A DNA stretch of 64,000 nt from Leptospira biflexa (GCA_020721865.1 DYLW01000003.1:43986-107985), one strand, 5' to 3'. Positions 9,608 to 18,712 are shown, numbered from the stretch's first letter. Made by a program: numbers and translations. Notes: generated from the sequence alone by a model not told the origin.

Positions 9608-12600
9608 ATGCGGCATGGGATCCACATCGCCAGAATCAGCTTTTTTTTGGTAGCGGGCGGATATCTCTTTTTTCCCATTGTTTTGAAATACCAAGAAGGT
9701 GAATCCTTCGCAAATGAAGGCAGTTTCTTTTTCCGCAAGGAGAGAGAAAAAACATATCCGGAAAAACGGCAGGTCATCCGCATAGAAAAAAACCAGAATC
9801 CGGATGCCATTGCTCTGTCAGAAAAAGATAAAAAAAGAATATTTTCCTATAATCCATTTTCTGAAGATGATATGGATATTTTTGGAACGGAGGAAGGGGA
9901 TTTCTCTTTTTCTGAGAAAAAATTTAATCGCTACCAGAGGATGGAAGATCTCCGGGAAGTGGAAGGAATACCGGAAGACCGGGGTTTTGGTGTGGACTAT
10001 GGCACGGTAAAGCTGCGGGTGTACGGAAATGCCAATATCAAAGCCAGTTACGGGGATTCTTGGTATGTGTCCGATAAAGACCGCCAGAGTGATACCACGG
10101 ATGCCACTTCTGATGCTGTCTCCCAGGGGTTTGATCTGAACATGGACATGAAATTATCCATAAAAGGAAAAATCGGCAAGAAAATCACCATTGACGTGGA
10201 TTATGATAAACATGACAACACCACGGAAAACACATTTCAGGTTCAATACAAAGCCCTGCGGAAAAAAGAATTTGTGCAGGAAGTCACGGTGGGGAATATT
10301 GACCTCCAGTTTCCGCGTTCCGAATTTGCCGTTTTTGAACAGAAATCCAAAAAAACTCTGGGGCTGGAATCCAAAATGCAGCGGGGAAAACTCCAGTTCC
10401 ACACCATCGCCACGCTCACGCAGGGACAGACCGCCATCGACCGGTTTTCTGGTAGCACCCGCCAGAGTTCGTCCCGGGTTGGGGAATACCAGTTTCAGAA
10501 CCGGAAATATTACCAGTTGGAGCCATATCTTTTTTATAACGATGGTTGTTCCCCCGCCATCAACGCTGCTTCCTATGACCGTTCCAACATAAATTCCCTG
10601 GCGGTTTTCACTTCCAAAGTGGATAACCCCTCCGGTTTTGTTCCTTCCTCTGTGGGCATAACTTCCGGCAGTCTCCAAATCTGGCTGGATGACAGAAATC
10701 CGCAGAATGATTCCATGTACGGAGCCGTTCCGTATTCTCCCAATGGAAAAGATCTGGGAAATTACCATCTCCTGCGAGAAGGGATGGACTACTTTTTCAA
10801 CCCCACATCGGGACGGATTGTTTTTACCCGTTATATCCAGGACAGCTACCGGATTTTTGTGTATTATGAACGGGCATTGGGAAGCTGCGATCCGGCAACC
10901 ATTCCCTACGGTGGCGGTTACCGGGTTTTTATTAAATGGGATACCGCCTTGCAGGAAGACCAGAATGAAGATGGCACCGGCGATGTGGTGATCATAGATG
11001 ACGGAAAACTGAATCTGGATGTGTATGAGGTGAGGGGGGTTTATTCCATTGGCTCTCAGGAAATTGAAGAAGGGGGTTTCCGTTTCTCTCTGATGAATAT
11101 TAACGGAGAGACGGTTTCCTCCCTCACGGATTTGGGGAATTATTATATTGATTATCAGTCCGGAACCATCGCATTTTCCCTGAGAGAACCCTATAAACAG
11201 CTCAAAAACGGAGCCGATTTTTATCTCTCCAGTACGGCCATTGACTCTATCTATACGGAACGGCAACCAGGTTATGTGGCGGAAAACTCCGGGGTTCAGA
11301 TGCGTTTTGATTATACGCAGAATGTGCGGGATTTGAAACTTTCCCATGGAAATATATTAAAAAATTCTGTCATTGTAAAAGTGGATGGTCAGGAGGTGCC
11401 GCCTTCGCTTTATTTTGTGGATTTTAATACGGGTTATTTTTCGTTCCAGGATCCTAACAATCCCATTATTGGGCCGGGAACATCCATTGAAATTTCCTAT
11501 GAGTACTCCCCTTTTGGTACGTCCAACCGGGGGTATATTCTGGGCGTCCGGAGTGATTATGAGGCAAACCGGAATATTCAGTTTGGGAGCACCATTTTAT
11601 ATAACGGCCAATTTGAGGAATCCTCCGCTCCGTTCATTGGCAGTGAACCCGCATCCCGGATGATTCTGGAAGGGGATATGACCATGAAGTTTTCCCCGGA
11701 GAAACTCACCCGGATGGTGAATAATATTCCCGGAGTGGAAACAGAGATGTTGCCGTTTCGGTTTGAAGGATACGGGGAATACGCAACAAGTTTTTATAAT
11801 CCCAATACTTTTGGATACGCCCTCATTGATGATATGGAATCTTCGGAGGAATACATTGATGTGGAAATTTCAGATAAGGACTGGATTCTGGGGGCCAGGC
11901 CGGGAACTCTGGGCGGTGCCACTGTCTGCTCTCGTGTCCCGCTCTATTATCGGTATTACCGGGATCCGGGGGATTTCACCCGTGGTCTTCTGGGATTTGA
12001 TTCCGGTGCTTTTGCGTCCCCGGACTATGAAACCCTATCCGGTCCGTACAACGTGGCGGAGGGGCATCTGGATTCCAGCCAGGTGAATTCCTCCAACGCG
12101 GAAAAACAGGTTTCCCTGGTGATGGATTTTGATTTTTCCAAAAACGCTTCTGGGGGGACAAAGTATGCGTCCATTGTAACCCGGAATTTTGCTTCTGCCG
12201 GTATGGATTTTTCCGCCGTGCAATACCTGGAGTATGATGTGATGCTGCGGGATCCTGTTTCTCTGGGAGGGGGCGTCCGGATTTATTTTGAGATGGGGAC
12301 CGTGAATGAGGATTCTGACGAAGACGGGATTTTTGACAGCGAAGACACCGGTTTTGACGGGCAGCTCTGTGACAAGGATGGGGATGGGGTGGCGGAATCT
12401 CTCTGTGATGAGGGGGAAAAAAACTATAGCATTGATATTATCCGCTCCACTGGTTTTTCCGAAGACCGGGGATATGCTTTTACCCCCACGGGTTGTTCCG
12501 GGATGAACAGTGTGGTGGGGGCGGGTCCGGATGTGGGCGGTTCCTATGCCACCAAGGGAAACGGGGTTTTGGATACGGAAGATTTGGACAGAGATGGAAA

Positions 12601-15583
12601 AATGAATACGCTGGAATCTGTGGTGACCATTGGGAATGACGGCACCCCCTATCTTTACTATGACAAAGGAAGCAATCTGATCACATCGGCGGGATGGCAT
12701 CATGTGCGGGTCTATTTTTCTCCATCCGGAATGTCAGAAGCCCAGAAAACGGCACTCCGCTCTGTCCGCAGTATCCGGATTTATCTTGTGCCGGAGGTGG
12801 GATCGGAAAACGGTGCTGGAAAAATCATGTTTGATTCCATCCGGTTTTCCGGCTCCAAATGGCGTTCCACAAAGACCAGACAGACCGCCGCTCCCGGATT
12901 TACAGAAAATGAGAATCCCCGGATATTCCGGATTGCCATGATAGATAATTTTGTCTCCAAGGATGAATACGGCCCGGAATCCTATCTTTCTAAAGAACGT
13001 ACTACCTATGAGCTGTTACATGGTAAAAAAACCAACACGGAATATGCCCGTATCCGGGAGGCCGCACTCAAAATGGAGTACACCCTGGACTATGGCGGAA
13101 CAACCTATGACATGGCCATTGCCCGTCGGGTATTCCTGCGTAAAATGGATTTGTCCTATTATAAAAATATGAATATGTGGGTGAACTACCGCAATTTAAC
13201 CGGAATGGGGCAGTATCTGGTTTTCCGTCTGGGATCCAGTGAAGAAGATTATTATGAATACCGCAGTGGCGTGGATTCTTCCGGGTGGCAGAAACTTACA
13301 TGGGAAATCAAAAAACCCCATTCTTCTTCCGGAAAGGTAAACCTCAAACAGATTTCTGTGATGTCCCTGGGCATTGCTACGGATACTCCGCGTCCGGAAA
13401 CCGGGACAGTCTGGATCAATGATCTCTACGTTTCCGAACCCCAGATAATTTCTGACGATGCGTATAAATATGAAGCGATGGTAAAAATGATCCGTCCTGC
13501 GTTTAAAACCAAAAGCGGTATTCCCATTCTCTCCGGTTTGGAATCCACCTATCGCCACCGGAATAAAGGCCAGCGGTTTGCTACCATCGGCCAGACAGAA
13601 AATTACATGGAGGAAGACCGTAAGGAATGGATGATCCAGTCCGATATTCTTCCCGGCTGGCATGGGGATTACCGCTTGCTGTTGGAAAATGTGAATTCTG
13701 ATCCGGAGCAGGAAGTGGCGTTGTTATCCCAGAAAGGAAATTCCTCCACTGTCCAGCATTCCACATCGCACCGGGTTCAGTTCAAGAATCCATACGCACC
13801 GGTGTTCACTGCTACTTATACCCACCGGGATTTTCTGAACGAAAGAGAGGAAATGTCAGAGAATTCCTTTGGCGACGAAGAGAAAAAAAGTTTTTCCCTC
13901 CAGGAAAAAACCCAGTCTCCCACTCTGGCGGTGACAGAGAACCTGCCACCCATCGGGCGGAGCAAAGTTTCCTATAGTGTCAAGACTTCGTCCAGCTTTT
14001 ACCAGAAAAGGGAAGTGAATTCTATTTATAAAAATGAGCTTCTCACCACCAATGAAATAAAAAAAGAAAAAGAACAAAAAGATAATGCGGAGGCGTCCCT
14101 CCGGTATTCCATTGGGGGTTTTGAACTGGTTCCCGCCTATATGCACAACAAGACAATTCTTCTGGAAAAAAATTATACGGATACAGTGAACCAAAAGGCA
14201 ATTGCCGGGGATTTCTATTTTCCCTGGATTGAAAAACCCTCCGATTTCCGGTACCGTCAGAGAGTGACCGGCTATGATCTGGATACCAGCTATACAGATC
14301 TTTTGTGGTTTTCCCCCGCTTTGAAATTTTCCGCCCGGTATCAGGAAAACTCCTTTCAGGACAATCTGCTGACATATAATAAAGATAAATTCCAGAGATT
14401 GAAAAGTCCATCCACCACGGCATCCTCTTCTTTTTCCACCCCATTTCTGATTCAGAAAATTGTTAAAAATGATATCCTGAAGTCTGTCCAGTATAACTTT
14501 TCCCGTGAAATCACATTGAATGAATCTTCCGTGCCGTTCACGGAAAAAACCGGGGTTTACGATGATCCCTATGGATTGAGCCGGACACTGCCACCTTTAA
14601 TGGGCAGGGCTTATAATCTGGGTGGATTTCCATTCTGGTATCACTTCCAATCGGGGAGTGGGGTGAAGCGGAATAACTTCTCCAAAGCCAGGGATTACGT
14701 TCGGGCGGAGCAGATGCCGTTGTTAAGGGAAATCGGTTATGAAGACGCATATCTGAATTATGCCAATAATATCAACCTCCGGGAAAACATGGCGTTGAAT
14801 ACCACCTGGAATTTTTATGAACCCCTGCTGCTCCGTCTGAATGGCCGGCTGGGACAGAATGTGCAAAGACCGAACATTGATGCTTTGCCCATCCAGACGG
14901 CGAACTGGGGGACTTCTGTTTTACAGGGATACAATTTGATGAAAATGTTCGATTTCTGGTATTTTAAAAATAAAACCCACCATACCTCATCTCTGGATAT
15001 TAATTATAATTTTGACCGGAGTATGAGGGTTACGGAAAATATCCGGGAAGACCGCCATAATCCGCTGGCAACGCTGACCTTTGGGTGGTTTTCCTCCTCC
15101 AAATATTCCAGTATTTCCCTCACCTATGGATATCTCCTGCGGTATTATACCCGGGAGTATTATATCTCTCCGGAAGATCCGGCTGAGGATTTGGCCATTC
15201 TGAATCAGATCACCGGTTCCGATAACATTGACCAGAGCGATATTTCCCATGAGGCCGCTATTGCCTATAAAACCGAGTGGATTTTTCTGAAGAATGGGAT
15301 GCAGAATCTCACCGGACTGGTTCTGCGTTCCAATCCCAAATATACCATTCGGTTGAGTGCGGCGTTTAATCGCTATGAATATGACCTTACGGAGCTGTTA
15401 ACCCAGAAAGCAAAAGATCAGTACATTTTATATCAGAATGTGGATATGAACCTCCACGCCAATGTGACCGGTGGTACGGATTTGAAGCTGGTTTATGATG
15501 TTTTCCGGAATGCCAATAACAATGAATCTTCGCAGGAAATATTTTCTTTTATGATTTCCATTTATGCGAAAATTCTATTCTGA
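9608..15583 (+). CDS. Giant (1991 aa) outer-membrane protein, SprA-like
   Basis: N-terminal hydrophobic anchor or signal ISFFLVAGGYLFFPIVL. The segment KLSIKGKIGKKITIDVDYDK..FQVQYKALRKKEFVQEVTVGNIDLQFPRSEFAVFEQKSKKTLGLESKMQRGKLQFHTIATLTQGQ resembles, from memory, the conserved N-terminal SprA/Sov motif (..YD..FQN.IKLEY..IE.GNVSMPL..SLFG.K..LQFG..T.V.S.QK). Contains Asp-rich DxDxDG inserts. The C-terminal part is beta-strand-like and ends YAKILF, an aromatic terminus typical of OMP beta-signals. Confidence 0.6.
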   Translation: MRHGIHIARISFFLVAGGYLFFPIVLKYQEGESFANEGSFFFRKEREKTYPEKRQVIRIEKNQNPDAIALSEKDKKRIFSYNPFSEDDMDIFGTEEGDFSFSEKKFNRYQRMEDLREVEGIPEDRGFGVDYGTVKLRVYGNANIKASYGDSWYVSDKDRQSDTTDATSDAVSQGFDLNMDMKLSIKGKIGKKITIDVDYDKHDNTTENTFQVQYKALRKKEFVQEVTVGNIDLQFPRSEFAVFEQKSKKTLGLESKMQRGKLQFHTIATLTQGQTAIDRFSGSTRQSSSRVGEYQFQNRKYYQLEPYLFYNDGCSPAINAASYDRSNINSLAVFTSKVDNPSGFVPSSVGITSGSLQIWLDDRNPQNDSMYGAVPYSPNGKDLGNYHLLREGMDYFFNPTSGRIVFTRYIQDSYRIFVYYERALGSCDPATIPYGGGYRVFIKWDTALQEDQNEDGTGDVVIIDDGKLNLDVYEVRGVYSIGSQEIEEGGFRFSLMNINGETVSSLTDLGNYYIDYQSGTIAFSLREPYKQLKNGADFYLSSTAIDSIYTERQPGYVAENSGVQMRFDYTQNVRDLKLSHGNILKNSVIVKVDGQEVPPSLYFVDFNTGYFSFQDPNNPIIGPGTSIEISYEYSPFGTSNRGYILGVRSDYEANRNIQFGSTILYNGQFEESSAPFIGSEPASRMILEGDMTMKFSPEKLTRMVNNIPGVETEMLPFRFEGYGEYATSFYNPNTFGYALIDDMESSEEYIDVEISDKDWILGARPGTLGGATVCSRVPLYYRYYRDPGDFTRGLLGFDSGAFASPDYETLSGPYNVAEGHLDSSQVNSSNAEKQVSLVMDFDFSKNASGGTKYASIVTRNFASAGMDFSAVQYLEYDVMLRDPVSLGGGVRIYFEMGTVNEDSDEDGIFDSEDTGFDGQLCDKDGDGVAESLCDEGEKNYSIDIIRSTGFSEDRGYAFTPTGCSGMNSVVGAGPDVGGSYATKGNGVLDTEDLDRDGKMNTLESVVTIGNDGTPYLYYDKGSNLITSAGWHHVRVYFSPSGMSEAQKTALRSVRSIRIYLVPEVGSENGAGKIMFDSIRFSGSKWRSTKTRQTAAPGFTENENPRIFRIAMIDNFVSKDEYGPESYLSKERTTYELLHGKKTNTEYARIREAALKMEYTLDYGGTTYDMAIARRVFLRKMDLSYYKNMNMWVNYRNLTGMGQYLVFRLGSSEEDYYEYRSGVDSSGWQKLTWEIKKPHSSSGKVNLKQISVMSLGIATDTPRPETGTVWINDLYVSEPQIISDDAYKYEAMVKMIRPAFKTKSGIPILSGLESTYRHRNKGQRFATIGQTENYMEEDRKEWMIQSDILPGWHGDYRLLLENVNSDPEQEVALLSQKGNSSTVQHSTSHRVQFKNPYAPVFTATYTHRDFLNEREEMSENSFGDEEKKSFSLQEKTQSPTLAVTENLPPIGRSKVSYSVKTSSSFYQKREVNSIYKNELLTTNEIKKEKEQKDNAEASLRYSIGGFELVPAYMHNKTILLEKNYTDTVNQKAIAGDFYFPWIEKPSDFRYRQRVTGYDLDTSYTDLLWFSPALKFSARYQENSFQDNLLTYNKDKFQRLKSPSTTASSSFSTPFLIQKIVKNDILKSVQYNFSREITLNESSVPFTEKTGVYDDPYGLSRTLPPLMGRAYNLGGFPFWYHFQSGSGVKRNNFSKARDYVRAEQMPLLREIGYEDAYLNYANNINLRENMALNTTWNFYEPLLLRLNGRLGQNVQRPNIDALPIQTANWGTSVLQGYNLMKMFDFWYFKNKTHHTSSLDINYNFDRSMRVTENIREDRHNPLATLTFGWFSSSKYSSISLTYGYLLRYYTREYYISPEDPAEDLAILNQITGSDNIDQSDISHEAAIAYKTEWIFLKNGMQNLTGLVLRSNPKYTIRLSAAFNRYEYDLTELLTQKAKDQYILYQNVDMNLHANVTGGTDLKLVYDVFRNANNNESSQEIFSFMISIYAKILF

Positions 15584-15587
15584 AACA

Positions 15588-15908
15588 TTACTCCCCAATG
15601 ATTCCTTTTTCTAACATGGTGATCATATAGCGGGTTTTTTCTTCCAGCTTTTCAAATACTTCCCGGTCAATGGAATTTTCCGACTTTTTCTTTAACTGGA
15701 AAACTTCATCGGCCAGGTTTAACGCAACCAGAAGGGCTCTCTGGGCAAGATCAGAGGAGGGAGCAAACTCTTTAATCTCTTCCAGGCGATGATCCACATA
15801 CTTTGCCAGATTGTGCATGTATTCTGGATTCAGATCGCCTTTCAGTGTGTATTTCCTGCCCGCGAGCTCTACTTTGGTTCGGGAAACAACTTCGTTCTTA
15901 TTTTCCAT
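15588..15908 (-). CDS. zapA: Cell division protein ZapA
   Basis: 106 aa. VELAGRKYTLKGDLNPEYMHNLAKYVDHRLEEI..ALLVALNLADE matches the ZapA pattern. Confidence 0.8.
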   Translation of the reverse strand: MENKNEVVSRTKVELAGRKYTLKGDLNPEYMHNLAKYVDHRLEEIKEFAPSSDLAQRALLVALNLADEVFQLKKKSENSIDREVFEKLEEKTRYMITMLEKGIIGE

Positions 15909-15917
15909 GATAAGGAA

Positions 15918-16616
15918 TTATTTTTTTTCTTCTTTCATTTCCTCTTCAACAATCAAGAAATCATCCTCTTCATCTTCATCGAATACACCCAGAACATCGT
16001 CATCGTCATCAATAATAATTTCATCTTCTTCCTGGGATGGTGGTTCGGCGGATGCTTTGCTGGCTTTTTCATCCTCATCTTCAATGATTATTTCATCTTC
16101 GTCATCTTCCAGAAGGACAATCTCTTCATCATCCTCTTCCTCTGTGGCGGCTTCCGGGGTTTCTTCTTCCACCAGTTTTGGTTTATCTTTGCTGGAAGCT
16201 ATTGCTGCTCCAGCTACCACACCTGCTCCTGCAGCAGCTATTGCCGGTGCTGGACTGGTTTCTTTCTTATCTTCTGTTTTTTTTTCAGAAGGGATTGGTT
16301 CTACTTCCTTGGGTGTTGAAGATCCCCCATCCTTGAGGTGATCCAGTTTGGCAATGATGGAAAGAATTCTGGTTTCCAGTTCCCCTTCTTTTGACTTGAG
16401 TTTTTCCAGCTCCTGTGTTGCTTCCTGTAGCTGATCCTGAAGTTTCTGGGCTAATCTTTCTTTTTCTTCAGCGGTTAATTTCAGTTGATCATTATCTGCC
16501 TTGAGTTTGTCCGCCTGGGATTCCAGTTGGGCGTTTTCCACGCGTAAATCTGATATTAATTCCAGTGCTTTGACAATTTTACCTTCTAATTGTTCTAATT
16601 GGTCCATAGTAATCAT
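15918..16616 (-). CDS. ZapB-like coiled-coil protein with a long acidic tail
   Basis: N-terminus MDQLEQLEGKIVKALELISDLRVENAQLESQADKLKADNDQLK is ZapB-like coiled coil, and the gene sits upstream of zapA. The C-terminal half is an Ala/Gly linker followed by a D/E-rich low-complexity region. AAGGAG lies 9 nt upstream of the ATG. Confidence 0.5.
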   Translation of the reverse strand: MITMDQLEQLEGKIVKALELISDLRVENAQLESQADKLKADNDQLKLTAEEKERLAQKLQDQLQEATQELEKLKSKEGELETRILSIIAKLDHLKDGGSSTPKEVEPIPSEKKTEDKKETSPAPAIAAAGAGVVAGAAIASSKDKPKLVEEETPEAATEEEDDEEIVLLEDDEDEIIIEDEDEKASKASAEPPSQEEDEIIIDDDDDVLGVFDEDEEDDFLIVEEEMKEEKK

Positions 16617-16769
16617 AGTAGTTTGCTCCTTGGTTCATATTTTATTATCTGTGGTCTATGTGACAACTAATTTTTCTTTAATTCTCTATTTTTCTCCCAT
16701 GGAAAAGCACTGCGTTGCTCCTCGAAGTCGACAGGTTGAGGGTTTTTCCGGAGAATTGCCCGGGAATTG

Positions 16770-16853
16770 TGCTCAGAGGGGGACTTGAACCCCCACAAGG
16801 TTGCCCTCACATGAACCTGAATCATGCGCGTCTACCAATTCCGCCACCTAAGC
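16770..16853 (-). tRNA. tRNA-Leu, anticodon CAG (type II, long variable arm); CCA not encoded
   Basis: Reverse complement reads GCTTAGG-TG-GCGGAATTGGTAGACGCG-CATGA-TTCAGGT-TCATG-(variable arm)-GGGGGTTCAAGTCCCCC-TCTGAGC-A. 7-bp acceptor stem with two G-U pairs. The D arm is identical to the E. coli tRNA-Leu D arm. Anticodon loop TTCAGGT. T arm GGGGG/CCCCC. Confidence 0.95.
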
Positions 16854-17029
16854 TCATCGCCATCCTTTCAATGGTTTTTAACATGTAAATAAAATAATCC
16901 TCTGGGGATGGGGTTTGGAAAAAATAATTCAGCGAAAAAGGTTCTTTCAGACAATAAAAATATTTTATTTTCCCTTACTTTCATAGTTCAAACGGAATTC
17001 CCGTACTCCATTCAAAATGGGGAATTTTA

Positions 17030-17057
17030 TTGACATGGCCGATGGGTTTTGCATAAA
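17030..17057 (+). promoter_or_regulatory. Sigma70-like promoter candidate TTGACA-N16-CATAAA
   Basis: TTGACA at 17030-17035 and CATAAA at 17052-57, in an AT-rich gap just upstream of the 17063 ORF. This would place the transcription start at about the annotated GTG. Confidence 0.3.
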
Positions 17058-17062
17058 AATTT

Positions 17063-18712
17063 GTGCTTCCGGAAGAATACACGAATGTGATACCAGATTC
17101 CAACCATTATTTTTGGGAAGAATATGAAAATATATATCTGGGATTTTTGCCCTGGGATGCAGACACTTACTTGCAAAGCCAGTGGGGTTTTTCCGCTGTT
17201 TTCATCGAGAAAAAGTCATTCAACGTGTATCGCTTTCTTCCAGAATGGGAGATTTTTCAAAAGAATGGGGACTTTTATCCGTTGCCCATGAATTGGGGGA
17301 TTATACGTGTCCATCCTCCGGTGGATTTCAGCACCGCACGTTTTGTTATTAATACCGATGATAAAAAGGTGACTGTTTATGAGCCAGAGTATGTCATGGG
17401 AGACAAAAATATATATCCCACCATAGAGCAGAGAGTATCTCTGGAGAAAATACCCCTGTCCCTCAGGAAACTGGTGGCAGGTTTTCCCTCTGCCCAATGG
17501 GTGGTTCTGGATGCGGTAAAACTGATTCCGGAAATGGAAGAATTTCTCCGCTTGGATCTGCAAAACAATAAACAGAATTACCTGATTTTTCTATGGAAAA
17601 TGGCCGGGATTCATCTTCGTGATACAGAACAGAGGATTTCTTTGCACAAAAAAATCATGCACAGGAAGAGAGCTCTTCTCATGGAGGAATTCTTGGGCAT
17701 CCGGATTGCCCCTGGGTTTTTAAACGTTTTTGGGAGGATAATGCCACCTGTGTACAGGAATGATGCAATCCGGTTGCTCACCTTACTGGATGATCCTCTC
17801 CGGGGTAAAATACTGCGGCACCAGAAAAACCTGAGCATCCATTTTCTGGAGATTCTTTCCGCTTTGCCGGATTGGATGGCCACGCCGGCGGTGGTGGAGG
17901 CTCTTCTGGAAGCACAGGAGAAACAACTGGACTTGAAGACAATTATTCCTCCATCCTTAATGAATATTCCCAAAGAACTGGATAATCCTCAATACCGCAA
18001 TTCCATTTTTCATTCATTTCAAAAAATAAAAAGCCTGTCTCATTTGGAAAGGCAGATCCACCGGTGGACACAGAAAATCAGTCTGGACATACATTTCCCC
18101 GATCCGCCTCTGGGATCCTCTAACCTCCTCTCTCCCATCTGGGACGGACGCAGTCTGCATCGGGAAGGACAGTACATGCAAAATTGTGTGGCCGGCTATG
18201 CCCCCGATATTTTGGATGGGCGATGCTATTTTTATCACTGGTATAAAAAACCCAAAAGCTACGCATCGGTTTTGTATGTTCTGGATGTGGAGGAAGCCGA
18301 ATGGGTGCTCGATGAAATGCTCGGCTTTGATAACAAACATCTCAGCGTGAAAACCGCTACAAATATCTTTCGGGAATCCGCCCGCATTCACCCACAGAAA
18401 AGGCTATTTCTGGGAAGATTTCATGTTGTTGGAACCCAGTATTATGACGCGAAAAAAACCATCCGCGAAATCACCGGAAAAGAAACAGTGAGTTTTCTCC
18501 GGGAGCCCAAGAATTCCTATGATAAAAAAGCCGTGGCCTTGTATTATAAAACCCTTAAATTGGGATATATTCCCAGTGGGAATAATACAATTTTGGCCAT
18601 GCTTCTGGATGCAAAAGCGGAGATTTCTGGTGTCTTGGCCGATGTGCGGATAAAATCCAGAGGGATTACGGCGATTGATGTCCTTGCATATCTCATCCAC
18701 CGGGATTCATAG
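17063..18712 (+). CDS. Hypothetical protein with a PcfJ-like domain and a C-terminal HIRAN domain
   Basis: C-terminal roughly 95 aa are HIRAN-like: VVGTQYYDAKK..VSFLREPKNSYDKKAVALYYKTLKLGYIPSGNNTILAMLLD. Just upstream, REGQYMQNCVAGYAPDILDGRCYFYHW..LDEMLGFDNKHLS is PcfJ-like. I recognise nothing in the N-terminal roughly 350 aa. The start (GTG 17063) is uncertain. Confidence 0.6.
   Translation: MLPEEYTNVIPDSNHYFWEEYENIYLGFLPWDADTYLQSQWGFSAVFIEKKSFNVYRFLPEWEIFQKNGDFYPLPMNWGIIRVHPPVDFSTARFVINTDDKKVTVYEPEYVMGDKNIYPTIEQRVSLEKIPLSLRKLVAGFPSAQWVVLDAVKLIPEMEEFLRLDLQNNKQNYLIFLWKMAGIHLRDTEQRISLHKKIMHRKRALLMEEFLGIRIAPGFLNVFGRIMPPVYRNDAIRLLTLLDDPLRGKILRHQKNLSIHFLEILSALPDWMATPAVVEALLEAQEKQLDLKTIIPPSLMNIPKELDNPQYRNSIFHSFQKIKSLSHLERQIHRWTQKISLDIHFPDPPLGSSNLLSPIWDGRSLHREGQYMQNCVAGYAPDILDGRCYFYHWYKKPKSYASVLYVLDVEEAEWVLDEMLGFDNKHLSVKTATNIFRESARIHPQKRLFLGRFHVVGTQYYDAKKTIREITGKETVSFLREPKNSYDKKAVALYYKTLKLGYIPSGNNTILAMLLDAKAEISGVLADVRIKSRGITAIDVLAYLIHRDS

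Noticed and set aside
10154-11347. Many long antisense ORFs inside real genes: 10154..11347 (397 aa), 59007..59984 (325 aa), 7371..8162, 53964..54752, 23397..24134, 27263..27955, 12035..12703, 40040..40705 and 47606..48232.
   Set aside because: Each lies wholly inside, and opposite to, a CDS with clear family motifs. Their translations are G/R/F/I/P-rich with no motifs, no SD and mostly non-ATG starts. This looks like a codon-usage side effect: the sense strand is poor in TTA/CTA/TCA, so antisense frames lack stops. It would only be worth revisiting if Ribo-seq shows antisense translation.
15811-16341. Ser-rich 176-aa ORF (and its sister 15789..16319) on the plus strand.
   Set aside because: It is the mirror image of the D/E-rich low-complexity tail of the ZapB-like gene (GAA/GAT read backwards gives TTC/ATC/TCx). 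The sense gene has an SD and a coiled-coil domain.
16657-16665. TATGTGACA occurs in two upstream regions, 16657 (zapB side) and 24941 (nrdJ side), which could hint at a shared operator.
   Set aside because: Two hits of a 9-mer in 128 kb of two-strand sequence is close to chance expectation. No further copies were noticed in other upstream regions.
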